Below the pieces are notes generated by a model, which had not been told where the DNA came from, made no database searches, and saw nothing but the letters and a program-made list of their open reading frames with translations. DNA of 29,311 bases, taken from Candidatus Iainarchaeum sp. GTDB lineage: Archaea; Iainarchaeota; Iainarchaeia; Iainarchaeales; 0-14-0-20-30-16. The translations under genes and the position numbers were made by a program. Positions 1 through 7,438 of the stretch are shown here, piece by piece. The stretch is taken from positions 1 to 29,311 of the forward strand of contig JAQTTP010000009.1 of assembly GCA_028710695.1 (NCBI GenBank), written 5' to 3'. The number at the start of each line of letters is the position of its first letter. Within the stretch, counting starts at the first letter, position 1.

Positions 1-1689
1 ACTGGAACTGTAACCAAAGGTAAAATGACTGTAAACAAAATATTTTCGGACGGTAATTTGATTGATGTTGGCGGGGCTGGCTATGAAGCTACTGGAGACT
101 TTTTGTGCGATGGTAAAAAAATAAATGTATCTAAAAGTCCAAATTTAAAATTATTATTCAAAACAGCTATTATTTGTAATGATTCAAAGATAGAACGAAT
201 GGGTGTGGATAGAGAGTATAGTATTATGGGGTTACCGACCGAATCAGCATTATTAATAATGGCTGCAAAGGCAAATTTGTTTAGAGAAGATTTGAAATTT
301 ATAAGGTTGGAAGAAATACCTTTCAGCTCCGAAAGAAAATTAATGTCTGTGCTATCTGTAGAGGATAATGTGAATTATGTTTATGTAAAAGGTGCACCAG
401 ATATTTTGTTAAAAAAATGTAAGTTTGTATATAAAAATAAAAAACTTATAAAATTAACTGAACATGAAAGACAAAAAATTTTAGATATTAACAAAAAACT
501 TACTTTGGAAAGTTATAGGTCTTTGGCATTGGCTTATAAACAAACAAAATCTTCTGACAAAAATTGTTTTGAGAACGATTTAATTTTCTTGGGAATTGTA
601 GGTTTAGAAGATCCGCCCCGGGACGGAATTAAAGAGACATTAGCGCTGTGTAAAACTGCAGGGATAAAAGTAAAAATGATCACTGGTGATGATAGAAATA
701 CCGCTCTTGCTATTGCGAATCAAATTGGTCTTGAAGGTGGAATTCTTGTTGGTGAAGAAATAGATAAGTTAACTGATGACGAGTTTTTAAATGTAGTAAA
801 AGAGATTGTGATTTTTGCAAGAGTTAAACCTGAACACAAGTTAAGAATAGTTAAAGCTCTGAAACAAAATGGCGAAATAGTAACTATGACTGGAGATGGA
901 GTAAATGATGCCCCCGCATTGAAAGAAGCACACATTGGGGTGGCAATGGGAAAAAATGGAACTGATGTCTCAAGAGAAGCAGCAGATTTAACATTGAAAG
1001 ACGACAATTTTTCGACAATTGTTTCTGCAATTAGTGAGGGCAGAACGGTGTTTAATAATATTAGAAAGTTTTTAACTTATCAACTCTCCTGTAATTATGC
1101 AGAATTGATGATTATTTTTATTGCAATAGTTATTGGCTTACCACTGCCTCTTTTAGCTCTACAAATACTATTTATGAACTTAGTTACTGATGACTTGCCC
1201 GCAATAACTTTGGGGCTTAATCCTCAGTCTAAAGATGTGATGAAAGTAAAGCCAAGGCAAAAGGCAAACCTTCTTAATAAAAGATTACTAATTTTGTTAA
1301 TAATTGCTGGAACAGTCATGGCTGCAGTAACATTGGGTACTTTTTACTTTGTTCTGGAAATTTTAAACGAAGAACTTATTGTGGCTAGAACGGTGGCGTT
1401 AGTAACTTTGATTTTTTTAGAAATTGCAAATGCCTTTAACTTTAGATCCTTTAGATCTGGAGTCCATGAATTGCCTTTGTTTGCTAATAAGTACCTAATA
1501 TATGCGTCAATATTGTCTATTTTTGCAACTGTTTTGGTTGTATATACTCCCCTTAATAAAATTTTTGAAACAGCACCTTTGAGTATAACCTATTGGCTAT
1601 TTGCTTTAGTAATATCTTTTATAATAATTTTTGTATTTGATGTCTGGAAGCGGATTGTAAGAAGAAAAGGGGGTCTTTTGCCAGATTAA
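1..1689 (+). CDS. P-type cation-transporting ATPase, P2A (SERCA/Ca2+-ATPase-like), 5' end cut by window edge
   Basis: Frame 1 is open from base 1. TGTVTKGKMTV there is the tail of the DKTGTLT phosphorylation loop. Other motifs: LEDPPR, MITGDD, the TGDGVNDAPALK hinge, and NLVTDDLPAITLGLNP, which resembles the SERCA TM6 Ca-site motif NLVTDGLPA. Hydrophobic helices at the C-terminus. Confidence 0.9.
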   Translation, partial: TGTVTKGKMTVNKIFSDGNLIDVGGAGYEATGDFLCDGKKINVSKSPNLKLLFKTAIICNDSKIERMGVDREYSIMGLPTESALLIMAAKANLFREDLKFIRLEEIPFSSERKLMSVLSVEDNVNYVYVKGAPDILLKKCKFVYKNKKLIKLTEHERQKILDINKKLTLESYRSLALAYKQTKSSDKNCFENDLIFLGIVGLEDPPRDGIKETLALCKTAGIKVKMITGDDRNTALAIANQIGLEGGILVGEEIDKLTDDEFLNVVKEIVIFARVKPEHKLRIVKALKQNGEIVTMTGDGVNDAPALKEAHIGVAMGKNGTDVSREAADLTLKDDNFSTIVSAISEGRTVFNNIRKFLTYQLSCNYAELMIIFIAIVIGLPLPLLALQILFMNLVTDDLPAITLGLNPQSKDVMKVKPRQKANLLNKRLLILLIIAGTVMAAVTLGTFYFVLEILNEELIVARTVALVTLIFLEIANAFNFRSFRSGVHELPLFANKYLIYASILSIFATVLVVYTPLNKIFETAPLSITYWLFALVISFIIIFVFDVWKRIVRRKGGLLPD

Positions 1690-2093
1690 CTATCAAACCC
1701 TTGGTACAATCTTTTCTTTTCAAAATTAGTGAAGAAAGGGCTTTGCATAACCCCTTCTAGAAATATGGCCCCCATTTTCTTTCTGTTTAGTTTGTAGTCG
1801 TGAACAAACATTTCGAACATTTTTTTTGAATGGATAACTCCCAAGATACTTGTGCCCAATTCGTGCTCTTTGTTTTCGAATAGTTCTTTTAGATAAGGAT
1901 AGGCGTTCTTTTGCATTTCTACTAGGAACTTCTGTTTACTGTTTTTGAATAAATCGCCTAACGGATCAATGCTCTTCTTAGTTTGCCCAAGGAGTTTTAC
2001 ACAAGCCTTTTTTTTATAGGATGAATCTCGGCCAGTGATTTCTGTTTGGACCCAGCTTTGGAACTCATCTAAAGGCTTGCTTTCTTCGAACAT
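1686..2093 (-). CDS. hypothetical protein, 135 aa, no recognisable motif
   Basis: Uninterrupted ORF with composition like its neighbours. Its stop overlaps the ATPase stop by 4 nt (convergent). It lies 24 nt downstream of a small same-strand ORF. Confidence 0.5.
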   Translation of the reverse strand: MFEESKPLDEFQSWVQTEITGRDSSYKKKACVKLLGQTKKSIDPLGDLFKNSKQKFLVEMQKNAYPYLKELFENKEHELGTSILGVIHSKKMFEMFVHDYKLNRKKMGAIFLEGVMQSPFFTNFEKKRLYQGFDS

Positions 2094-2117
2094 AATAAAA
2101 TAAGAAAGGGGGGATTA

Positions 2118-2243
2118 TTATTGTTTTTGTATTAATTTGTTCAATTCCGCCATATTCTTAAAAGGAATGCCAGTTTGTGTTTCTAAATGTTTTAATTTTT
2201 TGATATATTCGGGCTTTACTTTTTGAATTGTTTTTGTAGACAT
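2118..2243 (-). CDS. possible small ribbon-helix-helix-like protein (41 aa), not in the supplied ORF track
   Basis: Hand translation of the minus strand from ATG 2243 to TAA 2118 gives MSTKTIQKVKPEYIKKLKHLETQTGIPFKNMAELNKLIQKQ. The pattern is a short basic beta-strand followed by two amphipathic helices. It sits between the FKBP stop (2264) and the 135-aa ORF. Confidence 0.3.
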   Translation of the reverse strand: MSTKTIQKVKPEYIKKLKHLETQTGIPFKNMAELNKLIQKQ

Positions 2244-2263
2244 AATATAATTCCCTAAACGGG

Positions 2264-2845
2264 TTAATGACATCCACAATCTTTATCATCTTTACAGTCA
2301 TCATGTCCGCAGCCACAACCGCAAGAATGTTTCTGCATTTCTTCTTCTAATTCTTTCTTGCTTAGGATCTTTACTAACTTGATTTCGAAAACTAAGTCCT
2401 TGCCTGCTAAAGGGTGATTTAAAACTGCTGAAATTGTATCTTTTTCTACTTTTGTTATCTTTAGGTGCATTGGGCCCATATTTGTCATCATTTCTGTTTC
2501 TAGCCCTTCTTTAATCATGCTTTGGTCTTGGAATGCTGCTTTTGGGATCTTAACTTCCTTTGTGTTCTTTTCTCCATATGCTTCCTTTGCTTTAATAGTT
2601 ATTTCTTTTGATTTTCCTACTTCTAATCCCTTAACTGCATCATCAAATCCTTTTATTACTTGTCCAACTCCTACTTGGAACACAAGTGGCTCTCTTCCTT
2701 TAGAGGAATCAAATACCTTTCCATCAGTGAATTTTCCCGTGTATTCAACTGCTACATAATCATTATTTACTGGTTTCCCTGCTTTTGTAGGTGTTAAGTC
2801 CTTTTTCTCTACTTTCTTTTCTACTTTCTTTTTATTACCTGCCAT
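2264..2845 (-). CDS. FKBP-type peptidyl-prolyl cis-trans isomerase, SlyD-like, with Cys/His-rich C-terminal tail
   Basis: FKBP core: YTGKFTDGKVFDSS, PLVFQVGVGQVIKGFDDAV. IF-type insert ending in LNHPLAGKDLVFEIKLVKI. Tail HSCGCGCGHDDCKDDKDCGCH. ATG at 2845 is preferred over TTG at 2860 because a TATA-like box is centred about 23 nt upstream of 2845. Confidence 0.85.
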   Translation of the reverse strand: MAGNKKKVEKKVEKKDLTPTKAGKPVNNDYVAVEYTGKFTDGKVFDSSKGREPLVFQVGVGQVIKGFDDAVKGLEVGKSKEITIKAKEAYGEKNTKEVKIPKAAFQDQSMIKEGLETEMMTNMGPMHLKITKVEKDTISAVLNHPLAGKDLVFEIKLVKILSKKELEEEMQKHSCGCGCGHDDCKDDKDCGCH

Positions 2846-2860
2846 CCGAATCAACTCCAA

Positions 2861-2896
2861 TTTATTTATATAATTAGTTTACCAAAGTTTTAAATT
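2861..2896. promoter_or_regulatory. shared AT-rich TATA-like element between divergent FKBP and nucleotidyltransferase genes
   Basis: TTTATTTATATAATT at 2861-2875 lies about 23 nt from ATG 2845 (minus strand) and about 29 nt from ATG 2897 (plus strand). That is archaeal TATA spacing for short-leader or leaderless mRNAs. Confidence 0.4.
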
Positions 2897-3484
2897 ATGT
2901 GCTCAAATAAAGTTATATCTATGGATGCATATACACACGGCAGATTCCAACCTTTTCATAAGGGCCACTTAAAATTTGTGCTATATCTGCTTGGAAAGTA
3001 TGATATTTTGTATATTGGAATTTCCAACCCCCTCAGAAAAATTCCTGCTGGTTTTGAAGGTTTTTCTGAAAAGCTTAAAGAAAGTTTAGAACATGCTAGA
3101 GACCCAAGGAGTAATCCCTTTAATTATTTTGAAAGAGAGCAGATAATCTTAGACTCTTTGCGAGAAGAAGGAGTAGATCTAAGTAGAGTGAAAATTTTGC
3201 CTCATTTTGCGATTTATGAAGATAGCAATTGGTTTGAATTAATGCCTCCAAAAGAAAGCACAGTTATTGCAATTCCTGCAAAAGATGAACATCATTTCGA
3301 GAAGATAAGGGGCTATGAAAAGGTAGGATATAAAGTAGAAATAATTCCACAAATGTCTAAAGATATTTCTGGGAGTAGGGTAAGAGAATCTATTTATGCT
3401 GGCACAGAAGAATGGAAAGAAATTGTTCCTAAAGGTGCGATTCCTTTGATTGAAAAGTGGATAGAAAATGGAAAGAGCCCCTAG
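2897..3484 (+). CDS. cytidylyltransferase-family nucleotidyltransferase, archaeal NMN adenylyltransferase-like
   Basis: GRFQPFHKGH matches the (H/T)xGH motif as found in archaeal NMNAT. A C-terminal ISGSRVRE resembles the ISSTxxR motif. The start may be ATG 2921 instead. Confidence 0.7.
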   Translation: MCSNKVISMDAYTHGRFQPFHKGHLKFVLYLLGKYDILYIGISNPLRKIPAGFEGFSEKLKESLEHARDPRSNPFNYFEREQIILDSLREEGVDLSRVKILPHFAIYEDSNWFELMPPKESTVIAIPAKDEHHFEKIRGYEKVGYKVEIIPQMSKDISGSRVRESIYAGTEEWKEIVPKGAIPLIEKWIENGKSP

Positions 3485-3547
3485 TGGGGTTTGAACCCAC
3501 GACCTACTGCTTACAAGGCAGCCGCTCTACCACTGAGCTATGGGGGC
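3476..3547 (-). tRNA. tRNA-Thr (anticodon UGU), 72 nt, no encoded CCA
   Basis: Hand-folded cloverleaf: GCCCCCA TA GCTC AGTGGTA GAGC G GCTGC CTTGTAA GCAGT AGGTC GTGGG TTCAAAC CCCAC TAGGGGC T. The anticodon loop CUUGUAA gives UGU. There is one C6-A67 mismatch in the acceptor stem. Confidence 0.85.
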
Positions 3548-3742
3548 CCGGCCTTTTTCGAAAAAAGGCTAGGTTGGCCAAAAATGACCATATCCGCAAA
3601 CCAGCTGGTTTGGGATATTCCTTATTGCACAAAAGTGCGGATTTTACTAAAAAAAGAACGAAAGTTCTTAAATTATTATATAAATTCTTTAGCTATAATT
3701 TTTTAAAGGTTCTTGTTGTTTTTATCATATTGGGGGAATAAA

Positions 3743-3973
3743 ATGGATACTAGGTCTTTAATTGTGTTTTTGTTAGGAATTGTTGTTTTTGCCTTGGGAA
3801 TATGGCTTTTATGCTATTTTTGGGCGGATCTTGTGAATATAATAAAGGGAATTATTGGAATAATTGTGATTTTTATAGGCATAGGAATTGCTTTTGCAGG
3901 TTTTATTACTATGAAAGCGAAAGCGTATATTGTTCAATATAGGTCAAATGATGACAAAGAAACGAAAGAATAA
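3743..3973 (+). CDS. small membrane protein (about 76 aa, two predicted TM helices)
   Basis: ORF with two long hydrophobic stretches (LIVFLLGIVVFALGIWLLCYF and IIGIIVIFIGIGIAFAGFI). ATG 3743 is preceded by a G-rich SD-like GGGGGA. A TATA-like AAATTATTATATAAAT lies at about 3671. Confidence 0.5.
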   Translation: MDTRSLIVFLLGIVVFALGIWLLCYFWADLVNIIKGIIGIIVIFIGIGIAFAGFITMKAKAYIVQYRSNDDKETKE

Positions 3974-4008
3974 CAGAAAGATATATTAAGTGAAATAATG
4001 AATATTAT

Positions 4009-4599
4009 ATGGAAACGATCGGTGAGAACTTGGATATTACTACTGTTGGTGAAAAAGATAAAAGGGCATTATTAACTTTGGCAAGAAACTCAATTGAGTG
4101 GTTTGCAAAATACGGAGAAAAATACTCTCCTTCAGAATTTGAACTTTCTGATATGATGTATGAAAGAAGCGGAGTATTTGTAACTTTAATGAAGGCAGGC
4201 CAGTTGAGAGGCTGTATTGGATATATTGAGCCAATAAAAGAGATTTGGACTGCAGTAATAGACAACTCAATAAACGCAGCATTTTATGATCCTAGATTTC
4301 CACCTATTAAGCAACATGAATTAGCATCTTTGTCTATAGAGATCTCTTTGCTGAGCGATGTAAAGAGATTGGACTATGTGGATGTAAATGACCTATTGGC
4401 AAAAATAAACCGAAGAATGGGCCTAATGATAAAGAAAGGAATGCATTCAGCTACTTATCTTCCAGAAGTTTGGGAGCAGTTTAAAGACAAGGACGACTTC
4501 TTAGAGAGTTTGTGCCTAAAAGCAAGCTTACATGCAGAAGCATGGAGAAATGCTCATCCTGACATAAGCTACTATTACACTAATACCTTTAAAAGTTGA
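4009..4599 (+). CDS. AMMECR1-domain protein
   Basis: Signature GVFVTL...GQLRGCIGY plus the downstream DPRFPP motif. The length (196 aa) is typical for the family. Confidence 0.85.
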   Translation: METIGENLDITTVGEKDKRALLTLARNSIEWFAKYGEKYSPSEFELSDMMYERSGVFVTLMKAGQLRGCIGYIEPIKEIWTAVIDNSINAAFYDPRFPPIKQHELASLSIEISLLSDVKRLDYVDVNDLLAKINRRMGLMIKKGMHSATYLPEVWEQFKDKDDFLESLCLKASLHAEAWRNAHPDISYYYTNTFKS

Positions 4600-4676
4600 A
4601 AGACAAAATTAGGGTGTAATAAAAGACAAGTAAAACCAATGTAAAGGTATCAGGTTAAGCCTTGTCCCCTATTTGT

Positions 4677-5291
4677 TTATTCCAAAACAATTAAAGCATC
4701 AACAACTATTGCATCTTTTTCGTTTACGAATATTGGGTTTATGTCTAGCTCCTTTAGACCTTTTATCGTGCTTGGGAGCTTTGAGATCTTTTCTAGGGCT
4801 GAATAAAGCTTGTCTGTGTTTACTCCTTTTAAAAGAGCTTGATTCTTTAAGTCCAAGGCCATCTTTTTTGCTTCAGATTTTGTAATTGGGCATAACCTAA
4901 AGGAAACATCTTTTATCTCTTCTGCGTGGCTTCCACCAACACCGAGCATGATAACATGGCCGAAAGTGAAGTCTTTTTTAATTCCAATTATGAATTCATT
5001 TCCTTGGATTTGCTCTTGAAGAAGAATTCCGTCTAATTTGATCTTTTTCTTCTTGGCGTTTTTATCCATCTCGAAAATAATAGCTTTTAACTCTTTTTCA
5101 TTCTCTGCTTTTTTTAAGAATCCAGCTCTTTTTGCATGTGGAATTTCTTTTGCAATTCCTTTTGCAAATAAAGGGAACTTTAATTTTGTATTGTAATTTT
5201 TGCTTGTGATCATTTGATGTTTTGCAATTGGCAAATATTTGGAAATAATTTTTTCAGAATCAAATTTATTCAAAACGCTCATGTTAATCAC
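4677..5291 (-). CDS. acdB: acetyl-CoA synthetase (ADP-forming), beta subunit / ATP-grasp domain
   Basis: ATP-grasp_5-like pattern: IMLGVGGSHAEEIKDVSFRLCPIT ... LKELDINPIFVNEKDAIVVDALI. Divergent from the alpha subunit. The start is either GTG 5291 or ATG 5282. Confidence 0.75.
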   Translation of the reverse strand: MINMSVLNKFDSEKIISKYLPIAKHQMITSKNYNTKLKFPLFAKGIAKEIPHAKRAGFLKKAENEKELKAIIFEMDKNAKKKKIKLDGILLQEQIQGNEFIIGIKKDFTFGHVIMLGVGGSHAEEIKDVSFRLCPITKSEAKKMALDLKNQALLKGVNTDKLYSALEKISKLPSTIKGLKELDINPIFVNEKDAIVVDALIVLE

Positions 5292-5353
5292 TATAAATAA
5301 GAGGGCAATGCTTTATAAGTTTTTTAGTTTTTATTATATGTTTAGGTGATTGT

Positions 5354-6667
5354 TTGTCTTTGGATAAAATATTTAACCCAAAATCTATTGCTGTTATTGG
5401 TGCTTCCCACAAAGAAGGAAAGATTGGGAATATCTTATTTTCTAATTTGCTGACTTATAAAGGAAAAGTTTATCCAGTTAATATTGAAGGCGGGCACATT
5501 CTTGGAAGAAAAGTGTACAAATCTGTGAAAGAAATAAAAGAAAAAGTTGATTTGGTAGTTATTGTTGTACCTAAGCAAGTAGTGTTTCCTGTGATGGTTG
5601 AATGTGGCCAAAAAGGGGTAAAAAATGTAGTTATTATCTCCGCAGGATTTGGAGAGTCTGGAGACAAAGAGGCAGATAGGAAATTGAAAGAGATTATTAA
5701 AAAATACAAAATAAGATTGGTTGGCCCAAATGTTGTGGGGGTTTATAATTCTCATATAAACCTAGATGCTACTTTTATGCCTGCTGGTGCTTTTGCAAGG
5801 CCCAAAAAAGGAAAAGTGTCTGTACTGTCACAATCAGGGACAATTACAGCAATTCTGATGGAGAGGTTCTTTAATGATAGAATTGGGCTATCAAAGTTTA
5901 TAAGTTATGGAAATGCCTTAGATATAAATGAAGTGGAAATTTTGGAATACTTTGAAAAAGATCCAGAAACAGATGTTATCTGTATGTATCTTGAAGAAGT
6001 TAAAAATGGAAAAAAGTTTGTTGAGTTTTTGAAAAAACACAAAAAGCCATTAATAGTACTGAAAGCAGGAATAGGAAAGAAAGGGCAAGAAGCAGTAGTA
6101 AGTCATACTGGGTCTTTAGCTGGAGATTCAAAGATCTATGATGGAATCTTTAAACAATTTGGAGTAATTCAGGCAGAAGGAATAAATGAAATGATTTTGT
6201 ATACCAAGGGCCTCCAAGTTAAACCTTACAAAGAGGCATTCATAATCACAAATGGTGGTGGTTATGGTGTTCTTTTGGCAGATGATTTTGAAAGACAAGG
6301 AATAAAGTTTTATGATTTAACAATAAAGGAAAAAGAGCAATTGAAGAAGAAGTTTAATAAGGTTGGAATGTCCTACAAGAATCCTCTTGATTTACTTGGA
6401 GATTCTGATGTAGATAGCTACCTTAAGGCTTTAGATGTTTTAAAGAAAAAGAAAAATGTTTTATTTGTTTTCGTATTTATTGGACAAGTTGGTGCTGTAA
6501 CTCTTGCAAAGCTAACTAAGTTTATGGGTGTTGTAAAAAAACATAAAATAAATTGTGTATTTTTAGATACTGACGATGAGCAAGTTGATTTTATAGAAGA
6601 TCACGGGATAGCATCATTTAACCTGCCAGAAAGTTTGGCAAAGGGAATAAGTATAAGGAAAAAATAA
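5354..6667 (+). CDS. acdA: acetyl-CoA synthetase (ADP-forming), alpha subunit (CoA-binding + CoA-ligase domains)
   Basis: N-terminal IFNPKSIAVIGAS CoA-binding motif, GPNVVGV, QSGT, and the phosphohistidine loop VVSHTGSLAGD. TTG start at 5354 with AGGTGAT SD 4-5 nt upstream. Confidence 0.8.
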   Translation: MSLDKIFNPKSIAVIGASHKEGKIGNILFSNLLTYKGKVYPVNIEGGHILGRKVYKSVKEIKEKVDLVVIVVPKQVVFPVMVECGQKGVKNVVIISAGFGESGDKEADRKLKEIIKKYKIRLVGPNVVGVYNSHINLDATFMPAGAFARPKKGKVSVLSQSGTITAILMERFFNDRIGLSKFISYGNALDINEVEILEYFEKDPETDVICMYLEEVKNGKKFVEFLKKHKKPLIVLKAGIGKKGQEAVVSHTGSLAGDSKIYDGIFKQFGVIQAEGINEMILYTKGLQVKPYKEAFIITNGGGYGVLLADDFERQGIKFYDLTIKEKEQLKKKFNKVGMSYKNPLDLLGDSDVDSYLKALDVLKKKKNVLFVFVFIGQVGAVTLAKLTKFMGVVKKHKINCVFLDTDDEQVDFIEDHGIASFNLPESLAKGISIRKK

Positions 6668-6676
6668 GGTGAAAAT

Positions 6677-7438
6677 ATGGAACCAAGAAAACCAGGTAGA
6701 GTTAGTGGGCATGTAACAAAATTAATTTTGTCTAGAAGAGCAAGAGAAAGACATCAAATGAAAAAACAATTTGAAAAAATTATGGAAGACATGAAAAGAC
6801 GTGAGCGTGATAAGCACGCAGAAAAGATGGTTTGGGAAAGAAGAAATGATTCTGTGCATCAGCTTTCAGGATTTCTGGATGCTTGTTCTCCCGAAGAAGT
6901 GAAGTTTTATAATCGATTTATGAAAGACCATCCTGGACAAAGTATTGATGAAAGAATAATATTTGCAGAAAGAGTAGTTTCGGTAATGATTCATCTTAGG
7001 TCTTATTCTAATGCTGAACGACTTTATTTTAATAAACAAGTTAAAGAGATGGGTAAAAAAACTCCTGAAGAAAGAATTGGGTTTATTTATAGACTAAATG
7101 ATAAGATCGATGCATTTCGTGATATAAAAAATCTTAGTGCCGCCGGAAGACAATTTTTTAACAAATATTTTAGAATCCTTGTTAGAGAAAAAAAGGATCT
7201 TCCTGAAAGAATAAGAAGTTTAATTTCTGTTGCTCTTTCTTCTCAAAGCTTTTCTAAAAAAGAAAGAGATTTTTTTGATAAATTTATGTCCGATGTTGCT
7301 AAAAAGCCTATAGAAGAAAAAATAGAAAGAATGGTAGAATTAAGAAAGGTAATATTGTATTCTGAGGCCAGAGGTGAATCAATAGATGCTTTTGATACTA
7401 GTTTAATTGGCGATGAAAAAACCTGGCCTGGAAATTAA
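6677..7438 (+). CDS. hypothetical protein with basic N-terminus and four tandem ~40-aa helical repeats
   Basis: AAGGTGA SD 4 nt before ATG 6677. Internal repeats start at S71, S111, S154 and S192: SPEEVKFYNRFM..SIDERI, SNAERLYFNKQV..TPEERI, SAAGRQFFNKYF..LPERI, SKKERDFFDKFM..PIEEKI. Confidence 0.7.
   Translation: MEPRKPGRVSGHVTKLILSRRARERHQMKKQFEKIMEDMKRRERDKHAEKMVWERRNDSVHQLSGFLDACSPEEVKFYNRFMKDHPGQSIDERIIFAERVVSVMIHLRSYSNAERLYFNKQVKEMGKKTPEERIGFIYRLNDKIDAFRDIKNLSAAGRQFFNKYFRILVREKKDLPERIRSLISVALSSQSFSKKERDFFDKFMSDVAKKPIEEKIERMVELRKVILYSEARGESIDAFDTSLIGDEKTWPGN

Noticed and set aside
720-1007. Antisense or alternate-frame ORFs nested in larger genes. This one, plus 2517-2759, 4005-4265, 4040-4282, 4673-4885, 5435-5755, 5470-5709, 8838-9257, 10203-10436, 10578-10853, 11323-11592, 13694-13897, 13956-14408, 16806-17024, 16952-17146, 19428-19634, 20421-20663, 21693-22013, 22298-22489, 22490-22750, 23149-23349, 23634-23819, 24228-24557, 25115-25342 and 26759-26956.
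   Set aside because: Each lies wholly inside a longer ORF that has clear family motifs or membrane/secretion logic. Their translations are low-complexity (S/F/L/I-rich), as expected from reading AT-rich coding DNA off-frame, and they lack SD or TATA context.
3457-3741. Plus-strand ORFs of 94 aa and 71 aa (3457-3741 and 3491-3706)
   Set aside because: Both read straight through the antisense of tRNA-Thr(UGU) and the palindrome-rich spacer. The GC-rich tRNA sequence is what keeps the frame open, so there is no independent coding evidence.
3548-7437. Integrated mobile element bounded by the two tRNA-Thr genes
   Set aside because: I see no integrase, transposase or viral gene, no duplicated tRNA 3' fragment (att-like direct repeat), and no visible compositional shift. 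The content is metabolic housekeeping (AMMECR1, ACD).
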